This document shows positions 1-8,177 of a DNA stretch of 31,106 bases, piece after piece. The notes under the pieces are model-generated. The model had not been told where the DNA came from. It searched no databases and worked only from the letters and a program-made list of their open reading frames with translations. The stretch comes from a virus. Its lineage: Duplodnaviria > Caudoviricetes. A program made the position numbers and the translations under genes. Location: positions 1 through 31,106 of IMG/VR virus record IMGVR_UViG_3300044898_000026. One strand, 5' to 3'. Each line of letters opens with the position of its first letter. Position 1 is the stretch's first letter.

Positions 1-397
1 GCGAAAGCGATTGCGCTTCCTCGTACCAGGCGCGGTTAAAGCCTTCCAACGACTTTATGGACGTCGCGGTGTGATTTTGCAGGCCACGAAAGATAACGAG
101 GCTGTCGTTTAGTGGACAAACAATCTCGCGTTCGGTGATTTTGAACTGGTGCGCCACACCAAAGCGACGAATGCTGTCCTCTAAGAGCTGCTTAACCGAA
201 TCCTTGATCGAATTTTGCACTTCGCGCACACAAGCCGCGCGGGTGTGCTGCGATACACAGCTTTCCACAAGCAAGTCAGCAAAGAATCGCGACTTAGCCC
301 CGCCGCGCCCGCCGCGCGCCCCTTTGAACTGGCGGGGCGCGAGCAGTGGAACAAAACCCCTCGGCGTCGGAATGTCGAGGGTGCGGCCCGCCTGCAT
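1..397 (-). CDS. terL: Terminase large subunit, PBSX family (5' part, runs off window edge)
   Basis: Manually translated from ATG at 397: MQAGRTLDIPTPRGFVPLLAPRQFKGARGGRGGAKS (Walker A)...CVREVQNSIKDSV...IFRGLQ...SIKSLEGFNRAWYEEAQ (Walker B). Follows the small subunit by 2 nt. Not in the supplied ORF track. Confidence 0.95.
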   Translation of the reverse strand, partial: MQAGRTLDIPTPRGFVPLLAPRQFKGARGGRGGAKSRFFADLLVESCVSQHTRAACVREVQNSIKDSVKQLLEDSIRRFGVAHQFKITEREIVCPLNDSLVIFRGLQNHTATSIKSLEGFNRAWYEEAQSLS

Positions 398-399
398 GA

Positions 400-852
400 T
401 TACTCGCTGGTGACGGGGGCCGACGGATCCACAATCGTTCGCGTGATGCTCGTTACGGGTTCGGTCGGCGGCTCTGCCTTCCCCGCCTTGCCCGGCCCCA
501 CGTCGCCCTGTTCCTCGGCGATTTGGCGCAGCACCGATCGCGCGTCGGCCGGCTGGTTATTGTTCCGGTAGCGTTCGGCCATTTGGTGCAGCCAAACGAG
601 GCGCACCGTCTTGTTCGCGGTCGGAGCCGAGACGTCCAGATTTGCCAGATATTCGGTCCGCCTAGTCGTAAAGATGGCCAGGTGCAGCGGCGACAAGGTA
701 GTGCGGCGCGGGTCGCACGCCTCGATATCGGGCAAGGCGCAAGAGGTGGTGCGCCAGCGTGCGGCGAATGCGGTGATAATCTCTTGCGGCGATTCGAATT
801 CAGCCAATCGCCGGATGATAAATACGCGCTGCTCGTCGGTATGAGCGGCCAT
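400..852 (-). CDS. terS: DUF2280-family protein, probable terminase small subunit
   Basis: MAAHTDEQRVFIIRRLAEFESPQEI...DP...PTANKTVRLVWLHQMAE...LRQIAEEQG resembles DUF2280. Immediately upstream of terL. ATG at 852 preferred over 933. Confidence 0.8.
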   Translation of the reverse strand: MAAHTDEQRVFIIRRLAEFESPQEIITAFAARWRTTSCALPDIEACDPRRTTLSPLHLAIFTTRRTEYLANLDVSAPTANKTVRLVWLHQMAERYRNNNQPADARSVLRQIAEEQGDVGPGKAGKAEPPTEPVTSITRTIVDPSAPVTSE

Positions 853-939
853 GGTAAATCCTAGCGGGGCCGTTGACACATGCTCCCGTTTACCCGGCGG
901 CCCTATGTCGTTAGGTGACAAGTTGCCGGGCACCCCGCC

Positions 940-1329
940 CTAGATGCAATAATGATTAGCGCCGTTGTCCCGTCCTGCGCGGCCTAGGAGCCCGCGTGGT
1001 GCCGGTTTTGTTCGCTAATCTAGAGACGCGCGAGTGAATCGCCGCCTCTTATGCCCGGTAGCATGGCGGAGCGACCGCACAGAGGCGTTCCGAGCGACAA
1101 ATACCGCGGCACCAATTGCGACGCGGGTTAAATTGGAGCGCCGCTCGGTTCGGCGCGGCCGTGTCAATCTTGTGCTGGCCCCACGGCGTCTCAGGGCAAC
1201 CGAGCCGCCCCGAAGGGCAGATTTGAAACCCTCACGTCTGGCGCCGCACGCATTGCGCGCAACGTCCTGATTTTAGTGGCTAATGAGCCGGTTTGACGGG
1301 TGAATGGGCCGCGTCAGACGTGAGGGCTG
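940..1329 (-). ncRNA. Candidate multi-stem structured RNA / late leader upstream of terminase
   Basis: No credible ORF. Nested complementary pairs: 991-997/1121-1127, 997-1004/1107-1114, 1043-1049/1081-1087, 1143-1150/1198-1205, 1229-1244/1311-1326 (15/16). C(UUCG)G hairpin on the minus strand at 1205-1220. Confidence 0.55.
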
Positions 1330-1407
1330 CTAGATGGTAGTCTTGGTGCGGGTAATGCCGCCGAATTCCTGGACAATACCGAGGCCCGCGCCTTCAAAGT
1401 CGTACAT
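1330..1407 (-). CDS. 25-aa small ORF in late leader (MYDFEGAGLGIVQEFGGITRTKTTI)
   Basis: GGAG SD 5 nt before ATG at 1407. TAG at 1330-1332. Confidence 0.4.
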   Translation of the reverse strand: MYDFEGAGLGIVQEFGGITRTKTTI

Positions 1408-1604
1408 GGTCGCTCCAAATGGGTTCTCCCCGTAACGCCTTCGCTACGAGGTTGGGGCCGCTCTAGGCGGGTGACACCAAGTCTGAATGTGCCCGAAGGG
1501 GCGCCGGTCGAAGAAACGCAAAAGCTAGTCGAGGCCGCCGCTGGTCACTTCATTGGTCCTCTCCACGTCCGTTACACTACCTAACGGAATCCTGTGCTTG
1601 CCCT

Positions 1605-1633
1605 TTTCTAGCACCTGTGCGTCCCGTTGTCAA
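1605..1633 (-). promoter_or_regulatory. sigma70-type promoter heading the leader/terminase transcript
   Basis: TTGACA (1633-1628), 17 nt, TAGAAA (1610-1605) preceded by GC. Confidence 0.6.
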
Positions 1634-2286
1634 CTGTCTGCATAGTCGCGTACTGTCCGTGGAACCAATCGCGCCAGCCGCTCGGCTTCCGCCAATGCGC
1701 CCCCGCGAGCGCCGGGCAGTTTCCATCGCGCGCCGCGAGGCGTATTGCCACGTAGCGCCGCATAGTGCCTTAGAGCGCTCACCAGGTGCGCCGTGCCCGA
1801 ACCGTTGCGCCACCCCTCGTCGCGCTCCACCGCGCGCGCGCCGCGCTCGTCAAGCAGCATGGCGATCGCCGCCGCGAGCGCCGGCGTATTGGCCAGCTCG
1901 CGCCGCCAGCGTTGATAGGCGACCACCGTATCGACCCGACGCGCCGCGGCGCGGTCCGCGCCATCCGGCCGGAATGTGGCGGGAATGCCGAGGTCCGAAT
2001 CGCGCGGCCCAACGGATCCAATCGACACGCCGTAAGCGAATATGATTTCATCGGCGGCGGTTAGTTCAAATGCGTCAAGTCGCCCGGTGCGCTTCAATCG
2101 GGCAAGCGGCGCTTCATTCATCCTCGACTTAATGATCGTTTGACCAGTAGCCACAGGCGCCCTACCCGCCCCGTGCGCCGCTGCCTCTATCGCGTTTACT
2201 GTTGCCCGGTACGTCGCGCGGCGCTTGCGCTCGGGCGCATCCGCCTTGGCGCGTGCCTTGGCCGCTGCCGCTACTTTACTCTGCAC
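1630..2286 (-). CDS. DUF6456/GafA C-terminal-like protein, putative late-gene transcription activator
   Basis: PLARLKRTGRLD...AADEI...C-terminal ERDEGWRNG...LVSALRHYA pattern. Last gene before the packaging operon. Start uncertain (GTG 2286). Confidence 0.55.
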   Translation of the reverse strand: MQSKVAAAAKARAKADAPERKRRATYRATVNAIEAAAHGAGRAPVATGQTIIKSRMNEAPLARLKRTGRLDAFELTAADEIIFAYGVSIGSVGPRDSDLGIPATFRPDGADRAAARRVDTVVAYQRWRRELANTPALAAAIAMLLDERGARAVERDEGWRNGSGTAHLVSALRHYAALRGNTPRGARWKLPGARGGALAEAERLARLVPRTVRDYADS

Positions 2287-2539
2287 GCGGCACCGCGCCG
2301 ACGCCAAGCGATACGACCGGGTGCGACGTGCCTACGATGGTCAATTGAACCGGAGCGCCAGCGACAATCGCGGCGGCTTCCTCCCATGTCGGTGTCCACG
2401 CAGATACCATTCGGCGTAACCCGTCCGCCGACATTTCGTCGCGGATTGGCAACATGCCGCATACGCCGTGCTTGTGCGCGTCCCAATCAACCGGAGCGCC
2501 GAGCGCGCGAGTGTAGCCGTCGATTAGGCCCGGTTTCAC
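2276..2539 (-). CDS. Conserved phage hypothetical protein
   Basis: LGAPVDWD...CGMLPIRD...MVSAWTPT...HPVV. GTG overlaps the upstream stop (GTGA). Confidence 0.7.
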   Translation of the reverse strand: MKPGLIDGYTRALGAPVDWDAHKHGVCGMLPIRDEMSADGLRRMVSAWTPTWEEAAAIVAGAPVQLTIVGTSHPVVSLGVGAVPRAE

Positions 2540-2706
2540 TTGACAGGACCGCGCCATGCGTCGCGCACCGCCTCGCCTATCTCGGCGTTTAAACAGGCGC
2601 TCATGTGCTCAATTGCCTTGGCCGTTAAGACCAGCGCCGCAAGACACGGCACGACGATGCACAGTGCCAGCCGCCGCAGCCACTTGTTGCGAATGTTGGC
2701 TAGCAT
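2536..2706 (-). CDS. Small membrane protein (56 aa)
   Basis: MLANIRNKWLRRLALCIVVPCLAALVLTAK...: basic N-terminus plus hydrophobic helix. Overlaps both neighbours. Manually translated. Confidence 0.55.
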   Translation of the reverse strand: MLANIRNKWLRRLALCIVVPCLAALVLTAKAIEHMSACLNAEIGEAVRDAWRGPVK

Positions 2707-2915
2707 TGTTGCATCGTGTGACGGCTGGTCGTGGCCGGCGGCGATCCCGCCACCAAATTACTCCGCACGCCCCATGTGTTCGGGAGGCCGTCGAGGGCGT
2801 ACCGCTCGGCTTTGACTTGTGGGTGGCCGCGCTCGTGCCAATACTTCTCAACCAATGCGGCGAGGACGCCCGCGCCGTGCTTGGTGTAGTTGTCTTGCGT
2901 TGGAGAGGAAGGCAT
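2700..2915 (-). CDS. Hypothetical protein
   Basis: MPSSPTQDNY...KYWHERGH...WGVRSNLVAGSPP. First gene after the promoter at 2973. Confidence 0.65.
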   Translation of the reverse strand: MPSSPTQDNYTKHGAGVLAALVEKYWHERGHPQVKAERYALDGLPNTWGVRSNLVAGSPPATTSRHTMQQC

Positions 2916-2944
2916 GCGGCCCCGCTTGGGTGGGTGTTGGGCGC

Positions 2945-2973
2945 AACCTGTCACAATGCGTGCAGACTGTCAA
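2945..2973 (-). promoter_or_regulatory. Promoter of the TTGACA-N13-GTGACA class
   Basis: TTGACA gtctgcacgcatt GTGACA ggtt. Near-identical to 7859-7887. Confidence 0.6.
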
Positions 2974-3004
2974 CATCTTTCGGCAAGGGGCGGTAACGAC
3001 ACAA

Positions 3005-3202
3005 TCAACGCCGCGGCCATTCGATTTCCAAGAACTCGGCCAGGTGCCAGTCGAGACCTAAATGTTGATCCAGCCATCGACGGCTTGAACCCGGCCCTTC
3101 GTCAAAATCAAGCGATTGACCGGGCGGCACGATGACTGCCTTTTTCTTGGTGCGGTCGTTGTGTCGCAAAACGGCTACGTGGGTCGACCTCATGTCATTC
3201 AT
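3005..3202 (-). CDS. Hypothetical protein
   Basis: ATGA overlap with the upstream gene. 65 aa. Confidence 0.6.
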   Translation of the reverse strand: MNDMRSTHVAVLRHNDRTKKKAVIVPPGQSLDFDEGPGSSRRWLDQHLGLDWHLAEFLEIEWPRR

Positions 3203-3405
3203 TCCCCACATTTGGTTCGTACCGGCGCCACCGCCGCCATTAGGTCCACGGATAATTGAAAGTACGCTGTCGAGTCGCCCGTGCCATCGCGAGGCGCCAG
3301 ATTCATGACACGTTGTGAACCGTCTCTGAGTGCAGCCCGAAGTCGCTCAATCTCGGCGGCTTGCTGTACGATAAACGCGTATTGCTTCGCTTTTGTTTGT
3401 CTCAT
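3199..3405 (-). CDS. Hypothetical protein (coiled-coil segment)
   Basis: ATGA coupling at both ends. QQAAEIERLRAAL. Confidence 0.65.
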   Translation of the reverse strand: MRQTKAKQYAFIVQQAAEIERLRAALRDGSQRVMNLAPRDGTGDSTAYFQLSVDLMAAVAPVRTKCGE

Positions 3406-3671
3406 TTGCCCCGACCAATCTGATACACATACTGCCGCGTCACCCCGAGCAACAGCGCCACCCGCGCCGCACTCGCCCCGCCTTGCATCAGGGCGCGCGC
3501 CTGGTCCGGCTTGTTGCTGGTGCGGGTCCGCTGCTTGCGCTTTCGATCGGGGCGATGTTTCCGCAAGATGGTGTAGACGCGTCCAGCGGAAAGGGAGAGG
3601 CGCGCGGCGATATCCGCGACGGGCTCGCCGGCGTCGGCAAGGGACAGGATTTGGTCGGTGTGGGGTGTCAC
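3402..3671 (-). CDS. Tandem helix-turn-helix DNA-binding protein (89 aa)
   Basis: Two HTH units: GEPVADIAARLSLSAGRVYTIL and GASAARVALLLGVTRQYVYQI. GTG at 3671 coupled to the upstream stop. Confidence 0.8.
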   Translation of the reverse strand: MTPHTDQILSLADAGEPVADIAARLSLSAGRVYTILRKHRPDRKRKQRTRTSNKPDQARALMQGGASAARVALLLGVTRQYVYQIGRGK

Positions 3672-3835
3672 GTCACCCGCTCCACAACGACACGGCCGGG
3701 CACGCGCCGATACACGTTTGCCCACGAAAGCATTTCCTCCAAGTGCTCGTCGCAAAACGGGCACCGCTCTTTGATGCGCGGGGCCGTGAGTCGCGCAGTC
3801 GCTTCGACTTGGCAAAAGATGTGCTCGCAGCGCAT
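3668..3835 (-). CDS. Small Cys/His zinc-binding protein (55 aa)
   Basis: MRCEHIFC...CPFCDEH. AAGGA SD. Manually translated. Confidence 0.6.
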   Translation of the reverse strand: MRCEHIFCQVEATARLTAPRIKERCPFCDEHLEEMLSWANVYRRVPGRVVVERVT

Positions 3836-3846
3836 GGCGTGTTCCT

Positions 3847-4038
3847 TTAGTACGGCGGAGGTGGATATCGTACCGGCGCGGACGTGCGACGGGCGTAACT
3901 TCGCACAATTTCACGACGCATGCCGGGAGAAAGTGAATGCCATTCCTGTTCCGTGCCACCAAACACCCACGGCGGCACGGACATATACACGGGTGTCGGC
4001 GCGCTTGAACAATACGTCCAGTACCTCTCGTCGGCCAT
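3847..4038 (-). CDS. Hypothetical protein ending YPPPPY
   Basis: TAATG overlap with the upstream stop. GGAGG SD. Confidence 0.65.
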   Translation of the reverse strand: MADERYWTYCSSAPTPVYMSVPPWVFGGTEQEWHSLSPGMRREIVRSYARRTSAPVRYPPPPY

Positions 4039-4385
4039 TACGCCGCCTCCGCCCGGAAACCGCCGAGGCCGTGGTTTTTGCCGCCGCAAGAGCATTCGCA
4101 ATTCATCGTGCGTCCCGAGGCATTCATGCAGCGCGCGTCGCACACATGCTTGGAAGGGTTGGATTTGTAGGTCACGATGCGCTCGACCGGCATCACGGGG
4201 CCGTGATTCCAGCCCTTGCCAGCCACAAATACGGAAGCGTGACCGATTGGCGAGCCGACTTTCATCGAATATCCATCGTACTTGCGACCATTGACGCCCG
4301 GAAAGGACTTAGCGAATTCGGCATTGGCCAAGGGTGAAATGCGGGTTAGTTCGGTTTCGCCGTTGAAATAAAGGGTCTTTGCCAT
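4038..4385 (-). CDS. Cys-rich hypothetical protein
   Basis: GGGAG SD. C-terminal HVCDARCMNA...CECSCGGKNHG metal-binding cluster. Confidence 0.8.
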   Translation of the reverse strand: MAKTLYFNGETELTRISPLANAEFAKSFPGVNGRKYDGYSMKVGSPIGHASVFVAGKGWNHGPVMPVERIVTYKSNPSKHVCDARCMNASGRTMNCECSCGGKNHGLGGFRAEAA

Positions 4386-4410
4386 GGTCGTCTCCCGTGT
4401 CTGTATGTAC

Positions 4411-4438
4411 ACACTACGACGCTGCCGCATACTGTCAA
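4411..4438 (-). promoter_or_regulatory. sigma70-type promoter
   Basis: TTGACA gtatgcg..., 16 nt, TAGTGT. Confidence 0.7.
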
Positions 4439-4490
4439 CACGTAATTGCACAGTCTGCCGTCGATAGGTATCACGAAATGTTACAGTCCG

Positions 4491-6134
4491 CTAAGCAGCT
4501 TCGCCCTGCCCCACCATCGCCGGCAACGGCACGATGATTTCCGCCCCGTCCGCCGATATCTGCCGCGCGCTGCTTCTAGACGGCCCATTCGGCACCAGGA
4601 TGGCCACGCCGCTCGCCCCGAGCCGCAGCCACCGTGCCACGGCCGCTTGCCCCGCCAGTGCGCCCCGCAGCTCGTGCCGCTCATTGTCGCCCGTCTGCAC
4701 GATCGCGTGGCCATCGCCATGCTGCCACGCCCGCACCACCGGCAACCATCCGCCTTGCCGCTCTTTGCCGGGTGCCCACGCCCGTATCAGCGCCGCGCCC
4801 GATGGCACGTCGAACAGCTTTGCGGGCCGTGCAGCTTCGCCACCGCCCGTTCGCATATCAAAGCCGCACTCGGGACAATCCAGCGTGCCCTTGGCTATTT
4901 GCGTGAGGCACGCGGGACAATTCTTGGTCATCAATTCGTTGCAGGACCAGCACCGCGCCGCGGCGGCAGCGTTGCGCTTTCCACAAGCGTCGCAAGAAAC
5001 GAGGCGGCTGACGGTTTGCTTGGGCCGGATAAAATCTAGGGGGCCAAAAGCGTCTATCAGCCCCGCAAAATCCAGAACTGCAGCATCGCTTTTGCCCGCT
5101 GCTATTGACGCCTCGATGTTGCCGCCGACCGTACGCAATGCGCGTCCGCATATTTGAACGTAAAGCCCTAGCGACTTCGTGGGGCGACGCAGCACCAATA
5201 GGTCCACTTGCGGAACGTCAAACCCCGTGGTCAAACACTGGACATTGACCAGTGCGCGCAATCGACCGGCGCGATACTGTTCGACAGTTCTTTGGCGTGC
5301 GATGATGTCCGCTCTTGATTTGCTTCCGAGCACTAGGCCGGTCGGTATGCCCCACTCATTCATGCGCGCGGCCATCGCGGCGGCAGACTTGGTGCCCGCT
5401 TCGAATATAAGCCACGCTTTGCGATCGGCTCCGTGGTGCACCATCTGTAAAATATGGTTGTCCATTGCCGCGATCATCTGCGCGTCGCTGGACTCGGCTG
5501 TGTACTCGCCTTGGCGCGTGCGAAGTTTTGATACGTCAATCTTATCGTCGGCACCAAGAGAGAACGCGGGACACAGGTAGCCGTCGCGGATCCCGTCGAG
5601 AATGCCGTATGTAAAAACTTCCCGGTCAAAAGGGGCACCCTCCCCTTCAACCAAAGACCCGCCCTGCAACCGGAACGTCGTGCCGCTGAAACCCGCAATG
5701 AACACGTCACCAAGGTCACGCGCGAAAGTGCGATGCATGCCCGACTCGGCGTGCGGCCAGAGGTGGCATTCGTCACCTAGCAGATTGGTTATCGGACCAA
5801 AACTTGCCGCGTGCCGATGTACCGATTGTATCATTGCGCAGATAACCGGCGCGCGCCATGTCCGCTCGCCAAGTGTCGCCGCGTTGATTCCGATATGCAC
5901 GTCGGGCATAAGCGATCGGCACGCTTCCCAAGTTTGAGTTACCAGCTCGGGAGTGTGCGCCGTAATGATGGTGCGTGCCCCACGTGCAAGCGCGCGGCGG
6001 GATATTTCCGCCATCATGAGCGACTTACCGGACGACACGCAACCATTGACCAGCGGTCGACGCACGCCGGATCGCCACGCGTTTTCGACGGCATCGGCCG
6101 CAGCGATTTGGTGCGGTCGGAGGATGATGGTCAC
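4491..6134 (-). CDS. SF2 DNA helicase (RadD/YejH/ResIII-like) with double zinc ribbon
   Basis: Q motif LRPHQ, Walker A SSGKS, DECH, SGT, LTTGFDVP, QICGRALR, then four CxxC pairs. GTG at 6134 coupled to the upstream stop. Confidence 0.92.
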   Translation of the reverse strand: MTIILRPHQIAAADAVENAWRSGVRRPLVNGCVSSGKSLMMAEISRRALARGARTIITAHTPELVTQTWEACRSLMPDVHIGINAATLGERTWRAPVICAMIQSVHRHAASFGPITNLLGDECHLWPHAESGMHRTFARDLGDVFIAGFSGTTFRLQGGSLVEGEGAPFDREVFTYGILDGIRDGYLCPAFSLGADDKIDVSKLRTRQGEYTAESSDAQMIAAMDNHILQMVHHGADRKAWLIFEAGTKSAAAMAARMNEWGIPTGLVLGSKSRADIIARQRTVEQYRAGRLRALVNVQCLTTGFDVPQVDLLVLRRPTKSLGLYVQICGRALRTVGGNIEASIAAGKSDAAVLDFAGLIDAFGPLDFIRPKQTVSRLVSCDACGKRNAAAAARCWSCNELMTKNCPACLTQIAKGTLDCPECGFDMRTGGGEAARPAKLFDVPSGAALIRAWAPGKERQGGWLPVVRAWQHGDGHAIVQTGDNERHELRGALAGQAAVARWLRLGASGVAILVPNGPSRSSARQISADGAEIIVPLPAMVGQGEAA

Positions 6135-6421
6135 GGCGCGTCGGCAATGCACGCAGCAATATAATCGACGTAATTCTTTCCGAACCACTCTCCCGCTAGC
6201 ACCCAAGTACCTCTATCGACACTTCTAATATCCAGCCCATAGCGGTCCCGTAATTGGTTAAGTTTGGGACTGTCGTTGGACGTTACCAAATAAGAAAACG
6301 GAACGCCTCTGCTATTCAAAAACAAGTCATATAATTCACGAGTGCGCGAACCCTCGCGAGGTAATAAAGGCTTTGCGGTCAACAACCCTCGCTTTGCTTG
6401 CGATACCGACAATACGCGCAT
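6131..6421 (-). CDS. Hypothetical protein (possible winged helix)
   Basis: ORF between the promoter at 6474 and the helicase. LNQLRDRYGLDIRSV. Confidence 0.65.
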   Translation of the reverse strand: MRVLSVSQAKRGLLTAKPLLPREGSRTRELYDLFLNSRGVPFSYLVTSNDSPKLNQLRDRYGLDIRSVDRGTWVLAGEWFGKNYVDYIAACIADAP

Positions 6422-6445
6422 TTAGATTCGTTCCTTGCGTATCGC

Positions 6446-6474
6446 ACACTATCCGCGCCGCTGGCGACTGTCAA
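6446..6474 (-). promoter_or_regulatory. sigma70-type promoter
   Basis: TTGACA, 17 nt, TAGTGT. Confidence 0.7.
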
Positions 6475-6477
6475 CGC

Positions 6478-6633
6478 TTACTGCTTGGTAGCACCCGCCT
6501 TATCCGCCTCATGCTGCAGCAAAACGGCAAGCGCCGCCAAGATAGGCACGGCCCACCGCGCGCCGACAACCGGCCCGTCGTGGATCGCCTTCTCGGCTTT
6601 GATAGATGCGTCTTGGAGCTTTTCTTTCGTCAT
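6478..6633 (-). CDS. Hypothetical protein (51 aa)
   Basis: MTKEKLQDASIKAEKAIHDG...WAVPILAALAVLLQHE. GGGAG SD, ATGA overlap. Manually translated. Confidence 0.65.
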   Translation of the reverse strand: MTKEKLQDASIKAEKAIHDGPVVGARWAVPILAALAVLLQHEADKAGATKQ

Positions 6634-6899
6634 GCTGCTACTCCCTGAATTGCTATGGCCAGTAAATCCGCACCCGCCTCCGCGACTTTTACGGACCGGC
6701 GATAGTTTCTAAAACGATGTCCGATCCCCTTGGGCAACGGACCGGGCCAATTCGCTACCGGCTGCCACATTTCACGAATCGACCGGCGAAACCGAAATTG
6801 TGTAATCACACGATTAGTGCCTTGTCGCCGTAGCACGACAACGTGCCACACTGCGCCGTCAATCAGCACGTCGGGCGAGCGATAAAGCAGGCCCCTCAT
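6630..6899 (-). CDS. Hypothetical protein
   Basis: ATGA coupling at both ends. Confidence 0.65.
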   Translation of the reverse strand: MRGLLYRSPDVLIDGAVWHVVVLRRQGTNRVITQFRFRRSIREMWQPVANWPGPLPKGIGHRFRNYRRSVKVAEAGADLLAIAIQGVAA

Positions 6900-6988
6900 T
6901 TCGACAACTCCCGCGCCACGCGGTCCGCTTCGGCATAATCGCAGCCGGCGTCGAGCAGGAGGCGGAGAAGGGATTGATAGTCACGCAC
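6896..6988 (-). CDS. Small protein (30 aa)
   Basis: MRDYQSLLRLLLDAGCDYAEADRVARELSK. GGAGG SD. Fills the gap exactly. Manually translated. Confidence 0.55.
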   Translation of the reverse strand: MRDYQSLLRLLLDAGCDYAEADRVARELSK

Positions 6989-7280
6989 GCGACACCTCCG
7001 CTGCCAGTGCTGCGTCGATACGCAGCCGTAACGCCAAATTACCGAAACCCGCCGCCTTGACCGCAAGCAACGTCCGATACAACTCGGCGCGCACCGGGTC
7101 GTTCGGATCGCCGTAGTACTGCCGATACTGCTTTTCCAGTGTCCTATAGCGCGCGGGCGTAAGCACCTTTACGTTGTCACCGTACTTGGCGCGGAGGCGA
7201 TCCGTGATCCGCGCCGCGACAACCCAATTCGGGCCAACCAAACCGGAGAGGAAGGTGGAAAATGAAGGTGCGGTCGACAT
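6981..7280 (-). CDS. Hypothetical protein, probably translated from a leaderless mRNA
   Basis: ATG lies 6 nt after the -10 element of the promoter at 7315. Confidence 0.7.
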   Translation of the reverse strand: MSTAPSFSTFLSGLVGPNWVVAARITDRLRAKYGDNVKVLTPARYRTLEKQYRQYYGDPNDPVRAELYRTLLAVKAAGFGNLALRLRIDAALAAEVSRA

Positions 7281-7286
7281 GCCCGC

Positions 7287-7315
7287 AACCTACCGCTAGC
7301 CGCGCATACTGTCAA
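7287..7315 (-). promoter_or_regulatory. sigma70-type promoter
   Basis: TTGACA gtatgcg..., 17 nt, TAGGTT. Confidence 0.7.
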
Positions 7316-7348
7316 CCACAAAACGCACTATCTGCGAAATAAATCGCC

Positions 7349-7849
7349 TTAATCGGAAGGGGGGCTATTCGTGAGCTGCGCCACGGCATCTTTGGCCACC
7401 GCCACGGCAGCCTTGGCATCAGCGACGACGGTGTCCATTGCGGCGAATGCGTCGCCGCCCTCTTTTTCCACGCCATCAAAGTCCGCCAGCGTCTTGTCCG
7501 CCATATCGGAGAGTGCGGCCGGCACGGTACGGGTGCGCTCCGCCAGCCGTGCAAACTTGTCTTTCAGAGCCATAGTCTTTTGTCCTTCAATAATCGCGCC
7601 CGCAATAATGCGCGCGGACTGCAGATTGCGGGCTCCGACGCGGAGGCGGTCGGATAGATCGTCACGCACGCGGTAGACAATCGCGCCTTGTAAGGCTTCA
7701 AGCAAATACGTGCCCGGCCTACCAAGTAAGACAGGCGCACCGGGTCTTACTGCCACCGAACCGACGCGGCCGGGTCCGCCATCAAGACTAAGCGTTTGCC
7801 CAACGGCAAGCGCAACCGTGACGGACGCGCCGATTTGGACGAGGGGCAT
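7349..7849 (-). CDS. Hypothetical protein; possible internal in-frame start at 7573 (MALKDKFARL..., helical domain)
   Basis: ATG 9 nt after the promoter -10. AAGGA SD before the internal ATG. Confidence 0.6.
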   Translation of the reverse strand: MPLVQIGASVTVALAVGQTLSLDGGPGRVGSVAVRPGAPVLLGRPGTYLLEALQGAIVYRVRDDLSDRLRVGARNLQSARIIAGAIIEGQKTMALKDKFARLAERTRTVPAALSDMADKTLADFDGVEKEGGDAFAAMDTVVADAKAAVAVAKDAVAQLTNSPPSD

Positions 7850-7858
7850 GATCGCGCA

Positions 7859-7887
7859 ACACTGTCACAATGCGGGCAGATTGTCAA
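7859..7887 (-). promoter_or_regulatory. Promoter of the TTGACA-N13-GTGACA class
   Basis: TTGACA atctgcccgcatt GTGACA gtgt. Confidence 0.6.
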
Positions 7888-8177
7888 CGCTCGCCGCTTT
7901 TGAACGGTAGGGCAGATACGAAACAGCGGAACCTATGCGGAACGTATTCGCCGCGCAGCGGCATGTCCGATATTTTGACGCCTTTATGGTAACGTCGCGT
8001 TCGGACATCAGGCACCGTTTGCCACACCACCATTGGCACCAACGCTGGCGCGTCAACCAAGCGGCGCGGACAGGTAGGAGGATCCGGGTCGTTGCGGTCC
8101 CATACGAGCCGGCACGCGGCGCAACGTACCTGGCCGTCGCTACCGTGGCGCGCAATGCAGGGGTCGCCGATAGTCAC
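7884..8177 (-). CDS. Small zinc-finger-like protein
   Basis: C-x11-CAAC-x3-W-D...PPTC. GTGA overlap. Confidence 0.6.
   Translation of the reverse strand: MTIGDPCIARHGSDGQVRCAACRLVWDRNDPDPPTCPRRLVDAPALVPMVVWQTVPDVRTRRYHKGVKISDMPLRGEYVPHRFRCFVSALPFKSGER

Noticed and set aside
873-878. Plus-strand TTGACA at 873 (and at 16889) as promoters
   Set aside because: No acceptable -10 at 16-18 nt spacing and no downstream plus-strand gene.
930-1600. tRNA or tmRNA genes, or a type I toxin, in the leader
   Set aside because: No T-loop GTTCRA cloverleaf or tmRNA ends found by eye, and the 25-aa ORF is not hydrophobic enough for a membrane toxin.
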